From contig CAVTTN010000002.1 in assembly GCA_963737655.1 (NCBI GenBank), positions 6,400,001 through 6,464,000 on the forward strand: DNA of 64,000 nt, in the 5' to 3' direction. The stretch is from an uncultured Planctomycetota bacterium (GTDB lineage Bacteria; Planctomycetota; Planctomycetia; Isosphaerales; Isosphaeraceae). The position numbers and the translations under genes were made by a program. Shown here one piece after another: positions 54,441 to 64,000 of this stretch (the first letter of the stretch is position 1; every line of letters begins with the position of its first letter). A model generated the notes under the pieces. The model was not told the DNA's origin. It did not search any database and saw nothing but the letters and a program-made list of their open reading frames with translations.

Positions 54441-54887
54441 ATGAAGGTCATGGTGATCGCCAAAGCGTCCAGGGCGTCGGAATCGGGCGAGATGGACCCC
54501 GAAGCGTTCGCGGCCATGGACAAGTTCAACGACGAATTGATCCAGTCGGGAATCATGCTCGATGGCACAGGACTGAAGCCAAGTTCGTGCGGCGCCCGAG
54601 TCCGGTTCTCCGGCTCGAATCGCACCGTCACCGACGGGCCGTTCCCCGAGACGAAGGAGCTCATCGCCGGGTTCATGATCTGGAAGGTCGCTTCGCTCCA
54701 GGAAGCGATCGACTGGGTGAAGAAATTCCCGGACTCGATGGGCGAAGACTCCGACGTCGAAATTCGTCCGCTCATGGAGCCGGAGGATTTCGCCGGGGTG
54801 GTCAGCTCCGAGCGGCTGGAGGAAGTCAAGGAACTGGAGGCCCGCTCGGGGGATCGCGACGGTTACGGCCTGGCCCGCTTTCAATAA
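54441..54887 (+). CDS. YciI/DGPF family protein
   Basis: TDGPFPETKELIAGF, VEIRP. Confidence 0.92.
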   Translation: MKVMVIAKASRASESGEMDPEAFAAMDKFNDELIQSGIMLDGTGLKPSSCGARVRFSGSNRTVTDGPFPETKELIAGFMIWKVASLQEAIDWVKKFPDSMGEDSDVEIRPLMEPEDFAGVVSSERLEEVKELEARSGDRDGYGLARFQ

Positions 54888-54893
54888 CGGGCA

Positions 54894-54963
54894 GGAAACG
54901 GGGTCAGGAGCCGATTTCCGGCCCGCTTGCGAGGATTCAAGATCGGCTCCTGACCCCTTTTCC
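54894..54963. repeat. Inverted repeat element between convergent genes
   Basis: GGGGTCAGGAGCCGAT (54900-54915) ... ATCGGCTCCTGACCCC (54942-54957). Confidence 0.7.
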
Positions 54964-54977
54964 GTCCCTTCGGCGTT

Positions 54978-55856
54978 TCACTTCGCCGGTTTTGGCTTGA
55001 GGTGGGCGTCGAAGAAGGCGAAGGTGTCTTCGATGGTGCGTTCCATCTCCTTGCCTCCCCAGCCGTGGCCGGCTCCTAGCATCAGCTCGACCCGGCCGGG
55101 GACTCCGGCGGCCGTCTGGGCCTCTCCGAGCTTGATGGCCTGGGTGAAGGGGACGAGCGGGTCCTTCGTGCCCTGGAACGTGAGGATGGGCGGGTCGTCC
55201 TTCGTCACGAAGGTGACGGGTGACGCCTTTTTGGTCTCCTCGGGCTTCTGGCTCGGAGTGCCGCCGAGGAAGTCGCGGAGGAGGGGCCTGGAGGCGTCGG
55301 GGATGTCGGGGGCGGCGAAGTCGGTGGGGCCGAAGTAGTTCACCACGGCCTGGACCCTGGAGCTGGGGGCGTCGGCGGGGACGTCCCCTTCGAGGCCGTC
55401 CTTGGCGTCGCAGACGCCCAGCATCAAGGACAGGTGACCTCCGGCCGAGAACCCGGTGGCGCCGATGTGGTCGGCGTCGATCTTGTACTCCTGGGCGTGG
55501 GTCCTCAGCCAGCGGACGGCCGCCTTCACGTCGTGGACCTGCGCGGGGAAGAGGTCCTTGGGGCAGAAGCGGTACTGCGGGGAGATCGCCACGTAGCCGC
55601 GCTCGGCGCACTCGGCCAGGATCGGCCTCATGTCCTTCTTGTTGCCCGCCCTCCAGGCGCCTCCGTGGATCACCAGGAGGGCCGGGAACGGCCCGGACCC
55701 CTCGCTCGGGGCGGCCATGTCGAGCTTGAGCTCCTGGCCTCCGGCCGAGGTGTACACGATGTCGTTGGTCGTCGTCACGCCGTCGGCGCCGAGGGCCGGG
55801 ACGCTCAGGATCGCGAGCAGGAGGGCCGTCCGGCCGATCGTGGTTCCGCGATGCAT
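54978..55856 (-). CDS. Exported alpha/beta hydrolase (esterase)
   Basis: HGGAW, GFSAGG, GTKDPLVP, GAGHG. Confidence 0.92.
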   Translation of the reverse strand: MHRGTTIGRTALLLAILSVPALGADGVTTTNDIVYTSAGGQELKLDMAAPSEGSGPFPALLVIHGGAWRAGNKKDMRPILAECAERGYVAISPQYRFCPKDLFPAQVHDVKAAVRWLRTHAQEYKIDADHIGATGFSAGGHLSLMLGVCDAKDGLEGDVPADAPSSRVQAVVNYFGPTDFAAPDIPDASRPLLRDFLGGTPSQKPEETKKASPVTFVTKDDPPILTFQGTKDPLVPFTQAIKLGEAQTAAGVPGRVELMLGAGHGWGGKEMERTIEDTFAFFDAHLKPKPAK

Positions 55857-56047
55857 CGAGAGGTCCTTCCGGGAGGGGTTAGTCATCGTACCAGGCTTCA
55901 TCCTCGAAGACCTCCGGGGCCAGGGCCACGGACGCCTCGGCCCATTCCGCGTCAGACGGCGATCCCTCCGGGTCGAGGGGTCGTTCCTCGGTCGCGGGCC
56001 TCGCTTCGTCTTCGGTGTTTTGGGGGATCATCATGCCGCTCATTGGA

Positions 56048-57056
56048 TCAAAACCAGAGCGCCTTCTCCACCACATTCCCCGGCGGTTCGCCCCGGGCGA
56101 ACTTCTTTACGTTCTCGACGAGCGTAAAAATGTGCCTGGACGCGATCACGGGCGAATAGCCGCACGTATGGGGCGTAAGGATCACGTTGTCGAACGTCCA
56201 GAGCGGGTGATCCGGCGGCAGCGGCTCGATTTCGTACACGTCGAGCGCCGCCCCGGCGATTTTCCGGTCGCGGAGGGCCGCCACGAGGTCATCCAGGACC
56301 ACGATGGCCCCTCGGCCGACGTTGATGAAGTAGGCCGACGGCTTCATCCTCGAGATCATCGCCCGATCGAACCAGCGCCTCGGTCTCGGGCGTGTGGGGG
56401 GCCGCGATCACGACGAAATCGCTCCGGGCGAGCAGTTCGGGCAGGCGATCGACGGGCCAGACTCCCTCCAGCCCCTCGATCACCGGGCATTTTCCGGGGA
56501 AGCGATCGACGGCGAGGAGCCCCATGCCGAAGGCGCGGGCCCGTCGGCCGATCTCGGCGCCGATCCCCCCGAAGCCGACGATCCCCATCGTCGTCTCGGG
56601 CAGGAAGATCGTGGCCCGGTCCATGGCGTTGACCGTCCCCGGCCCCTTCGCGTTGTCCACCCGCTCGGACTCGCCGCCGATCGGCTCGTACTTGCGCTCG
56701 ACCTGGTTTCGGATGTAGATGTGCAGGTTCCGGGCGAAGCAGACCACGTAGCCCAGGACCTGGTCGGCGATCACGTCGCCGAAGAGGCCCCTCATGTTCG
56801 TCAGGGTGCAGGGGTGGGCGACGAGCTCGGGGAACATGTAGTGTTCCAGGCTGGCGGTGAAGGTCTGGACCCACTTCAACCGGTCGGCCTTCGCGAGCAA
56901 ATCGGGGGTGATCTTGCCGAGGAAGGCGTCCGCGCCGGGCATGGCGGCGAGGGCGGAGGCGCGGTCGGGGGCGTCGATCCACTCGGCCTTCGGGGCGGCG
57001 GCCTTCAGGGCCTCGAACCTCTCGGGTCCGACGGGCGGGCAGATCACGAACTTCAT
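56048..57056 (-). CDS. D-2-hydroxyacid dehydrogenase; frameshift near 56372
   Basis: GFGGIG, PHTPET in the first frame; INVGRG, ALDV, LTPH in the second frame. Confidence 0.9.
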
Positions 57057-58177
57057 CGGGGCAGTCCTCCTCGGGTCCGGCACGCCTCGACGAGCCGTTC
57101 GGCCACCCTCGCGGCGCCGTCTCCGGGGAACGGCGGGGGGCCGGGTCGGAGCGTGAAGGCCCGCTTCAACAGGGTTTCGACCTTCATCGCGGCGAACGCC
57201 CCGGCCGACGCCGGCAGGCCGCCCCCCCACGATCGGAGGGCCCGGTCCAGCGCCCGGTGCTCGGCGAACCCGGTCCGGGGCGGGTAGATCAGGGGCGTCC
57301 CGGCGATCATGGCCTCGCAGGCGGTGCCGTAGCCGGCCTTGGCCACGATCGCGTCGGCCGAGGCGGCGAGGTCGGCGCCGGTCCACTCCGCGGGGGGGAC
57401 GACGTGGAGGTTCGGGATCGGCCCCTCGGGGGACGGGTGGAAGCCGACGAAGTGGACGCCGAGCCCGGCCATCCGGGCCATCCGGTCCCAGCCGAGGTTG
57501 GCCTGGCCGTACCGGCCCACGTAGAAATAGACGACCTTCTCCCGGCTGGAAAGCCCCAGGGCCTTGCGGAGCTCGGACTTGCGGTCGCGACCCGGGGTGA
57601 CGACCATGCCGACCTCGACGGCGATCCGGTCCAGGTCGGCCATCCTCAAGGCGGGCTCGGCGCGGAAGAGGGCGGAGGCGCGTCGGTAGGTCGCCCGGAG
57701 TTCGGCGACGAACGCCATCGCCTCGGGCCCGAGCTTCTCGGCGTGGGGGGCGTAGATGTCGGCCCAGGTGAAGTTGGCGAGGAGGAAGCCGGGAATCCCC
57801 GCGTCCCTGGCCGAGAGCAAAGGGACGGCCGGGGCGTCGCACAGGACGGCCGCCGTCCCCGATTCGCGGAGCCTCCGGGCCTCTTCCGGGGCCCGGGGGA
57901 GCGCCTCGGCGTGGAACCGGGCGGCCTGGGCGAGCGTCCCGGGGCCGTCGGTCGCCGCGCTGTCGCCCGGGGGGTTCAGGGCGCCGACGTCCGAGACGAA
58001 CGGCGAGAACGTCGCCGGCCTCCTCAGCCGCTCCCGCCAGTGGTCGAAGAGGTTGGCGTGGCAGAGGATCTCCAGCGGGAGTTCCGCCGGCAGGCGGTTC
58101 AGGACCGCGACCGTCCGGTTCAGGTGGCCGAAGCCGTGGCTGGTCACGTAGACGGCAAGCCCGCCGCATCCGGCCAT
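57053..58177 (-). CDS. GT-B glycosyltransferase-like protein
   Basis: SHGFGH, NFTWADIY, KAGYGT..E, DGAAR; stop overlaps the next start. Confidence 0.78.
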   Translation of the reverse strand: MAGCGGLAVYVTSHGFGHLNRTVAVLNRLPAELPLEILCHANLFDHWRERLRRPATFSPFVSDVGALNPPGDSAATDGPGTLAQAARFHAEALPRAPEEARRLRESGTAAVLCDAPAVPLLSARDAGIPGFLLANFTWADIYAPHAEKLGPEAMAFVAELRATYRRASALFRAEPALRMADLDRIAVEVGMVVTPGRDRKSELRKALGLSSREKVVYFYVGRYGQANLGWDRMARMAGLGVHFVGFHPSPEGPIPNLHVVPPAEWTGADLAASADAIVAKAGYGTACEAMIAGTPLIYPPRTGFAEHRALDRALRSWGGGLPASAGAFAAMKVETLLKRAFTLRPGPPPFPGDGAARVAERLVEACRTRGGLPR

Positions 58178-58495
58178 GATCGCGCCTCCTCTCCTCGGCT
58201 CTCCGCCCCGTCCGGTCGGGGGTGGCGAGGATACCCGCCCGGGTCGCCGGAGGCAAACCGGCGCCGTCGGCCCGGGGATCGATGGATCGAAGAAATCCAA
58301 AAATTTCTATGGTATTTTTGTGTTGAATTGTATAAGCTGCATACGGGTAGGTGCGGCCGGGGAGAATTTCGCGGGCTATGTCCGCACGGTGACATACCCT
58401 GACGGGGACGGGGGTTACGATCGTTCAACCCGGTCTGAACCGAGAGGCCGACGGGACGGGGCCGACGGGCCGGGACTTCCAGCAGGTGAATCTTC

Positions 58496-59206
58496 ATGCC
58501 TCCTCACCCGAAGTTGCGGGACAGCGGCAACAGCCTGCTCGACCGCCTCCCGCCGGACGAATTCGCCCCGTTGGAGCCTCTGTTGCAGCGAGTCAGCCTG
58601 AATCTGCGAGACGTGATCCACCAGTACGAGGCGGAGGTCTCGCACGTCCACTTCCCCACGACGGCGCTGGCTTCCTTGCTGACGGTCCTGGAAGAGGATG
58701 ATCCGGTGGAGGTCAGCACGGTCGGCAGCGAGGGGTTCGTCGGGATGGTGGCCGCCCTGGGGATCGACGCGAGTCCGAATCGGGTGATCTGCCAGATGGC
58801 CGGCTCGACGCTTCGCCTGCCCCTGCCGGCCTTCCGCGAGGCCCTGGCCCGGGGCTGCGTCCTGCCCCGGCTGATCCACCGCTACATCGCGGTTTCGCTG
58901 TACGGCACGGGTCGGTCGATCGCCTGCAACGCGCTTCATACGGTCGAGGCCCGGGCCAGCAAGTGGCTGCTGACGGTGCACGACCAGGCGGGCCAGGACA
59001 AGTTCCCGCTGACCCAGGAGTTCTGGGCGTTCATGCTGGGGGTCCGCCGCCAGACCGTCACGGTCGTGGCCGGGACCTTGCAGACGGCGGGGATGATCGA
59101 CTTCCGCCGGGGGGTCATCACCATCCTCGACCGCCCGATGCTGGAGGAGTCCGCCTGCGAGTGCTACGCCGCGACTCGGCGTTATTACAAAGAGATCGTC
59201 CGATGA
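58496..59206 (+). CDS. Crp/Fnr family regulator
   Basis: cNMP-fold region (VGSEG), LTQEF.AFMLGVRRQTVT HTH, CECY tail. Confidence 0.9.
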   Translation: MPPHPKLRDSGNSLLDRLPPDEFAPLEPLLQRVSLNLRDVIHQYEAEVSHVHFPTTALASLLTVLEEDDPVEVSTVGSEGFVGMVAALGIDASPNRVICQMAGSTLRLPLPAFREALARGCVLPRLIHRYIAVSLYGTGRSIACNALHTVEARASKWLLTVHDQAGQDKFPLTQEFWAFMLGVRRQTVTVVAGTLQTAGMIDFRRGVITILDRPMLEESACECYAATRRYYKEIVR

Positions 59207-59492
59207 ACGGCGAGGCGGGATTCGATCGGTCGAAGAAAACGGCGAGAAATCCCGGGAAATGTCATCCGACGGACAGAAAAGCCGCCGCATGTCCCATAGA
59301 TTCTGTTCTGGTTGTCGAGGTCGCCAACCCGCGCGGCCTCGATCAGCCCGGACGGGACCGCGTCGTCGTCGCAGCCTCTTTCGGAACAGAGACGGCTGGA
59401 CGGCGACGCGGTGACCCCGGTCCGGGCGTTCGTCGTGGCTTCCCTCGCCTTGCCCGGACCTCGACGGACGAGCTCCCGACGTGGAGACTGCC

Positions 59493-59723
59493 ATGCCCCC
59501 GCCCGTGACCCGGCCCTCAAGCCGGGTCTTCAAGATCACGCGCGGCGACGGTTGCCGGTTCGTGATCTACAACGCCGCCGAGATCGGCAACCCGTTCGAT
59601 CACGCGCCCGACAAGTGGTACGTCCGCCCCTACCCCGGCCCGCTCGGCCTCCGGGTCGGGCCGGCGTTCGAGTCCGCCGACGAGGCCGAGGCCGCCGCGA
59701 GAACGTTCCGGTCCGACGACTGA
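59493..59723 (+). CDS. Small hypothetical protein
   Basis: GGAG upstream, 76 codons with high GC3. Confidence 0.55.
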   Translation: MPPPVTRPSSRVFKITRGDGCRFVIYNAAEIGNPFDHAPDKWYVRPYPGPLGLRVGPAFESADEAEAAARTFRSDD

Positions 59724-59735
59724 AACCCGCCCTTC

Positions 59736-59807
59736 TGTAGGGTCCGCTCTCGCGGACCTCTTCGATTTCGCTTCGTCGCGAAGAGGTCCGCAAGAGCGGA
59801 CCCTACA
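59736..59807. repeat. GTAG-type REP doublet (second family)
   Basis: TGTAGGGTCCGCTCTCGCGGACCTCTTCG ... CGAAGAGGTCCGCAAGAGCGGACCCTACA; 29-bp arms, 1 mismatch. Confidence 0.88.
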
Positions 59808-59873
59808 AAGACCGCCTGCTCACCTGCCAGACAAGATCAGACGTGGGCATGTCTGCGATTCGATTCCCGGCCC

Positions 59874-60872
59874 TCACCGAGACGCCGAGCCGACCAGCGC
59901 CTCGGTGGCTCGCCTGGGGAGGACTTCCGTCGCCGCCGCCACGCGCTTCGGCTCGGGCCGGCTGGCCCAGACGATCCCGCCGAGCGTGAGCCCTCCGCCG
60001 ATCGCCAGGGCCGGCGTGATCTCCTCGCCCAGGAGCCACACGCCCCAGACGATCGTCAGCAGGGGCGCGAGGTTGCCCACGGCCGCGACCTGGCTCGCGT
60101 CGAGCCGTCGCATCGCCTGGTTCTGGCAGAATAATCCCACCACCGAGACGATCACGCCCAGGTACGCCACCGCCCGCCACGCCCCCATCGGCACCTCAGC
60201 CAGGACTACCGGGCCCGGCAGGCTCGCCAGGGTGATCGGCAGTTGCAGGAGGCTCCCCGCCAGGAACGTCCCGGCCAGGGTCGGGACCGACCCGTACCTC
60301 GCCACCAGAGGCTTGTTCGCCGTGAGGTACGCGCCCCACGACACCACGGCGCCGATCAGGAGAAGATCGCCGCGGAGGGCGTCCAGGCTCTCCGGGCCCG
60401 CCTTCACGAGGTTCCCCAGGCCGATCACCGCCACGCCCGCCACGCTCGCCACCACGCCCGCGAGCCGGCGGAGGACCAGCGTTTCCTGCCCGAGCGCCGA
60501 GGCCAGGAGCAGGACCACGAGCGGGCACGTCGCGTAGATCACGCCCACGTGAGAGGTCGGCGCCAGCCGCGTCCCGGCCAGGAAAAACGCCTGGTTGATC
60601 GGCACGCACAGCGCCGAGGCCGCCAGGAGCCGGGGCCAGTCCGAGCGGATCATCCTCCCCAGGGCGCCGGACCGGGCGATCACCGGCAGGAGGCACAGGG
60701 CGGCCAGCCCGAACCGCCCCAGGGGGAGCAGCCCCAGAGGGACTCCCGCCACGGCCACCTTCGCCGCGGAGGCGGTCGTCGAGCCGATCAGGGCCATCAT
60801 CATCAGGAAGAACGCCGCGCCCCCGTCCCGGCCCTGGCGCGGCGGGGGACAACCCTCGATCTCGGAACTCAT
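59874..60872 (-). CDS. DMT/EamA family transporter
   Basis: About 10 TM helices, two EamA halves (LGQE, LGEE). Confidence 0.9.
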   Translation of the reverse strand: MSSEIEGCPPPRQGRDGGAAFFLMMMALIGSTTASAAKVAVAGVPLGLLPLGRFGLAALCLLPVIARSGALGRMIRSDWPRLLAASALCVPINQAFFLAGTRLAPTSHVGVIYATCPLVVLLLASALGQETLVLRRLAGVVASVAGVAVIGLGNLVKAGPESLDALRGDLLLIGAVVSWGAYLTANKPLVARYGSVPTLAGTFLAGSLLQLPITLASLPGPVVLAEVPMGAWRAVAYLGVIVSVVGLFCQNQAMRRLDASQVAAVGNLAPLLTIVWGVWLLGEEITPALAIGGGLTLGGIVWASRPEPKRVAAATEVLPRRATEALVGSASR

Positions 60873-61008
60873 CGCCCCCCCACCCTTCCCGAGGCCCAGG
60901 CCCCGAAGTCACGACCCCCTCATCCTAGGACGAAGGGCAAGACACGTCGCCAAAGACGGGGTTCGGACTTCGCGGAGTTCGGGCTCGCTCCGAAGACGGG
61001 CCCGGTTC

Positions 61009-61104
61009 CCCCGGGTGGCATGCCCACGTCTTCGTGGGCATGTCTTCGGTTCGTGAATATCCATGGAAGACATGCCCACGAAGACGTGGGCATGCCACCC
61101 GGGG
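61009..61104. repeat. REP-like doublet (GTGG type), 39-bp perfect inverted arms
   Basis: CCCCGGGTGGCATGCCCACGTCTTCGTGGGCATGTCTTC (61009-61047) and its reverse complement (61066-61104). Confidence 0.9.
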
Positions 61105-61130
61105 AAAGCACATGACAGCCAGGCCCATCC

Positions 61131-61427
61131 CTACCCGCCCGCCACCGCCCCGACGATCAGGAACGGCTCGGCGCCCGAGCCGATCGCCTCGGGCAGCTCG
61201 GCGTCGGGCGGGTCGTGCGAGAGGTCTTCCTCGCAGGCGAAGAACCTCACCAGGGGGCGCCGTTTCTTCGTCAGGCGGTCGCGGATCGTGCCCCGGAGGG
61301 TCGGGTAGGCCTGTTCCAGGGCGTCGAGGATCGCCGCCACCGTGGCGGGGCCCGGGACGTCCACCGAGACCTCGCCCCCGACCTTCGCCAGGGTCTTCAG
61401 ATGCATCGGCAGGACCACGCGGATCAT
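61131..61427 (-). CDS. MoaD/ThiS family ubiquitin-like protein
   Basis: MIRVVLP start, [11 protein letters not shown]-terminal AVAGG. Confidence 0.88.
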   Translation of the reverse strand: MIRVVLPMHLKTLAKVGGEVSVDVPGPATVAAILDALEQAYPTLRGTIRDRLTKKRRPLVRFFACEEDLSHDPPDAELPEAIGSGAEPFLIVGAVAGG

Positions 61428-62540
61428 GGCAGCGTCTGGACCTCCACCGAGAGGACCGCGGGCAAGTCCCGGACGATCGCCGACCAGCGGTCGCCGGAGT
61501 CCGCCGAGCAATACACCTGGCCGCCCGTCGTCCCGAAATAGACGCCGCACGGGTCGAGCGTGTCGCGGGCCATCGCGTCGCGAAGGACGTTCACGTAACA
61601 ATCCTTTTGCGGCAACCCCTCGCCCAGGGGCTCCCACGACTCGCCGCCGGTCTTGCTCCGGTAGACCCTCAGCTTCCCCTCCGGCGGGAAGTGCTCGGAG
61701 TCGCTCTTGATCGGGACGACGTACACCGTCTCGGGCTCGTGGGCGTGGACCTCGATCGGGAAGCCGAAGTCCGTCGGCAGGTCGCCGCTGACCTCTCGCC
61801 AGGAATCCCCGGCGTCGTCGGTGCGCATCACGTCCCAATGTTTTTGCATGAACAGGGTGTTCGGCTTCGAGGGATGCATCGCGATCCGGTGGACGCAGTG
61901 CCCCACCTCGGCGTCGGGGTCCGGCATGAAATTGGATTTCAGCCCCCGGTTGATCGGCTTCCACGACTCGCCGCCGTCGTCGGTCCGGAAGGCCCCGGCG
62001 GCGGAGATCGCGATGAACATGCGTTTGGGATCAGTCGGATCGAGGACGATCGTGTGGAGGCCCATCCCGCCCGCGCCGGGCGACCATCGCGGCCCGGAGT
62101 CGTGGTGGCGGAGGCCCGCCAGCTCGTCCCACGTCCGGCCGCCGTCGGTCGAGCGGAACATCGCGGCGTCCTCGACCCCGGCGAACACGGTGTCGGCCTC
62201 GGTCAGCGAGGGGCTCGAAGTGCCAGACCCTCTTGAACTCCCAGGGATGCTGGGTGCCGTCATACCATTGATGCGTGCCCGCCGTCCCCTCGTAGGCAAA
62301 CGCGTTGCCGACCGGCTCCCACGTCGCCCCGCCGTCGTCGGACCTCTGCACCTGCTGGCCGAACCAGCCGCTGCACTGCGACGCGTAGAGGCGGTCGGGA
62401 TCGACCGGAGATCCCTTCATATGATAGATTTCCCAGCCCGCGAACAGGGGGCCGCGGACCTCCCAGCGGTCGCGGACCCCGTCCGACGTCAAGATAAACG
62501 CGCCCTTGCGCGTGCCGACCAGAACCCGGACCGTCGCCAT
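61424..62540 (-). CDS. BNR/Asp-box beta-propeller (sialidase-like); frameshift near 62210
   Basis: Repeated SxDGGxTW Asp boxes across two frames; stop overlaps the MoaD start. Confidence 0.87.
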
Positions 62541-63145
62541 CCCGGCCTCCTCCCGTCGTCGGGAAGTCCCTCGTCCCCCCGGGGGGGACATCCGTTCCCC
62601 GCCCGTCACGACGGGATTGATCGGCATTCCCGGCCCGGATCATCACATCGTCCGGAAACTTCACGTCCCTCGCGAGCATGGATGCATTGAGTTCAAAGCA
62701 TGAAAGATTGACCGATTTCTCAAATCTCGGCGAAAACAGAGGCACGCAAGCGTTTCCACGTGCAAACTGGACTACACTTCTTCGCCGAAAACGCCGGATT
62801 GGGCGGAAATGGAAGGGTTTGCTCGCGCGCAGTCGGCGCGCCTCAAGCCCATATGCATTTTTATTGCATATTTTGATCAAAAGCCGCAAATCCCGGCCAA
62901 CCCAAAACTTCGGCGAATCTTGACGAATTCGTTCGGGGACTCAAACCGGCCGGGAATTCGCACCTTCCGGGCCCCCGGGCGCCCGTGGAATTGACGGTGG
63001 AGTGTCACAACGGCCCGCCCCCTCGCGACGGATTGTGCGATCGTCGGAGGGGGCCGGTCGCGATCCTTTCATCGAGGGCCGTGAGCCAATGGCCGATCGG
63101 CGGAGCCCCTTCGTCCCCCGGGTCGGGACGAGCCCTCCCCTGGGT

Positions 63146-63200
63146 CTGCCTGCCCACTGCCCACTGCCCACTGCCCACGGCCCACTGCTTTCTGCCCACT
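63146..63200 (-). repeat. (AGTGGGC)n heptamer array
   Basis: Minus strand AGTGGGC AGAAAGC AGTGGGC CGTGGGC AGTGGGC x3. Confidence 0.88.
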
Positions 63201-63211
63201 CCATCGGCCGG

Positions 63212-64000
63212 TCAATGCCTCATCGCGGCGACGGGCCAGGAATCGCCGCGGCGGTCGTTGGCCTTCTGGAACGCCCGTTCACGCTCCAGCCGGGTCTGCT
63301 CGTACAGCTCCAGATAGAGCTGTTCCTCGACCGCGGTGAAGACCTGGTTGCGGCGTCCCATGACGGTCCGGGCGGTGGCGAACATCTGTTCCAGGGGGAA
63401 GCCGGGGGCGACCCGGCCGTAGAGGACGGCCGAGAAGCTGGGGACGTGCTTGGGAAGCAAGGGCCCGGCGGGCAAGATGTTGCACATCACGCCCACGGCC
63501 GTCCCGGTGTTCATCATCGAGCCCAGGCCGGTCCTCGTGTGGTCGCCGAGGAAGCAGCCGACCTTGGCCTGGCCGGTGCCCACCGGGTCGCCTCCCAGGG
63601 GGACGTAGACCTCGCCGTAATCGTTGCGGAGGTCGGAGTTTGAGGTGATCGCCCCGAGGTTCACCCATTCGCCGACGTAGGCGTGGCCCAGGAACCCCTC
63701 GTGATACTTGTTGGAATGGCCGTGGACGATCGACTGCTCGACCTCGCCGCCGATCCGGCAGTTCGGCCCCAACGTGACTCCCCCGCGAAGGTTGGCGCGG
63801 AAAAGCTGGGTGTCCCGACCGATGAAGCAGGGGCCTTCGATCCGGGTGAACGGCTGGACGACGACGTTCGGGCCGATGGTGATCGGCCCCCCGCTGGTGT
63901 CAAACACGGTAAAGGGGTCAATCCGGGCGGTCTCGTGGACGAACAGGCGATCGACCGGCCCGACGAGGGCGGCGGTGGCCAGGTGGCGGTTGCTCAGCCC
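63212..64000 (-). CDS. GlmU-like sugar nucleotidyltransferase/acetyltransferase, 5'-truncated
   Basis: Hexapeptide repeats, IGGEVE, SNKYHEGFLGHAYVGEWVNLGA, SDLRNDY. Confidence 0.88.
   Translation of the reverse strand, partial: GLSNRHLATAALVGPVDRLFVHETARIDPFTVFDTSGGPITIGPNVVVQPFTRIEGPCFIGRDTQLFRANLRGGVTLGPNCRIGGEVEQSIVHGHSNKYHEGFLGHAYVGEWVNLGAITSNSDLRNDYGEVYVPLGGDPVGTGQAKVGCFLGDHTRTGLGSMMNTGTAVGVMCNILPAGPLLPKHVPSFSAVLYGRVAPGFPLEQMFATARTVMGRRNQVFTAVEEQLYLELYEQTRLERERAFQKANDRRGDSWPVAAMRH

Overview
High-GC bacterial DNA. Gene content (several eukaryote-type Ser/Thr kinases, Uma2, BlaI, a multi-HTH sigma factor, GTAG-type REP hairpins) suggests Planctomycetota, probably Isosphaerales; this is inference. 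The window holds about 50 genes: housekeeping (serS, mgtE, metK, psuG, galK, an rsmH paralog, RluA, tRNA-Leu(TAG)), peptidases (M16, M20, M32, M48), a ketosynthase-SDR-exporter cluster, three Ser/Thr kinases, two toxin-antitoxin-like pairs, an SBP56+SCO pair and an ECF42-type sigma/DGPF pair. No CRISPR array, integrase or transposase was seen. Seven apparent frameshifts look like assembly errors. Best candidates for new biology: (1) a membrane Ser/Thr kinase whose ectodomain has the five-repeat + beta-lactamase layout of polyglycine hydrolases; (2) a soluble protein with three tandem kinase domains; (3) a HEPN gene translationally coupled to a BolA-like protein instead of a nucleotidyltransferase; (4) an MtoX/SBP56 homolog that appears to lack both TTQ tryptophans; (5) a BlaI repressor facing a Zn-ribbon M48 protease across overlapping promoters with GACA-NN-TGTC boxes; (6) (AGTGGGC)n arrays that start right after stop codons. 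All family calls come from motif reading, not database searches.
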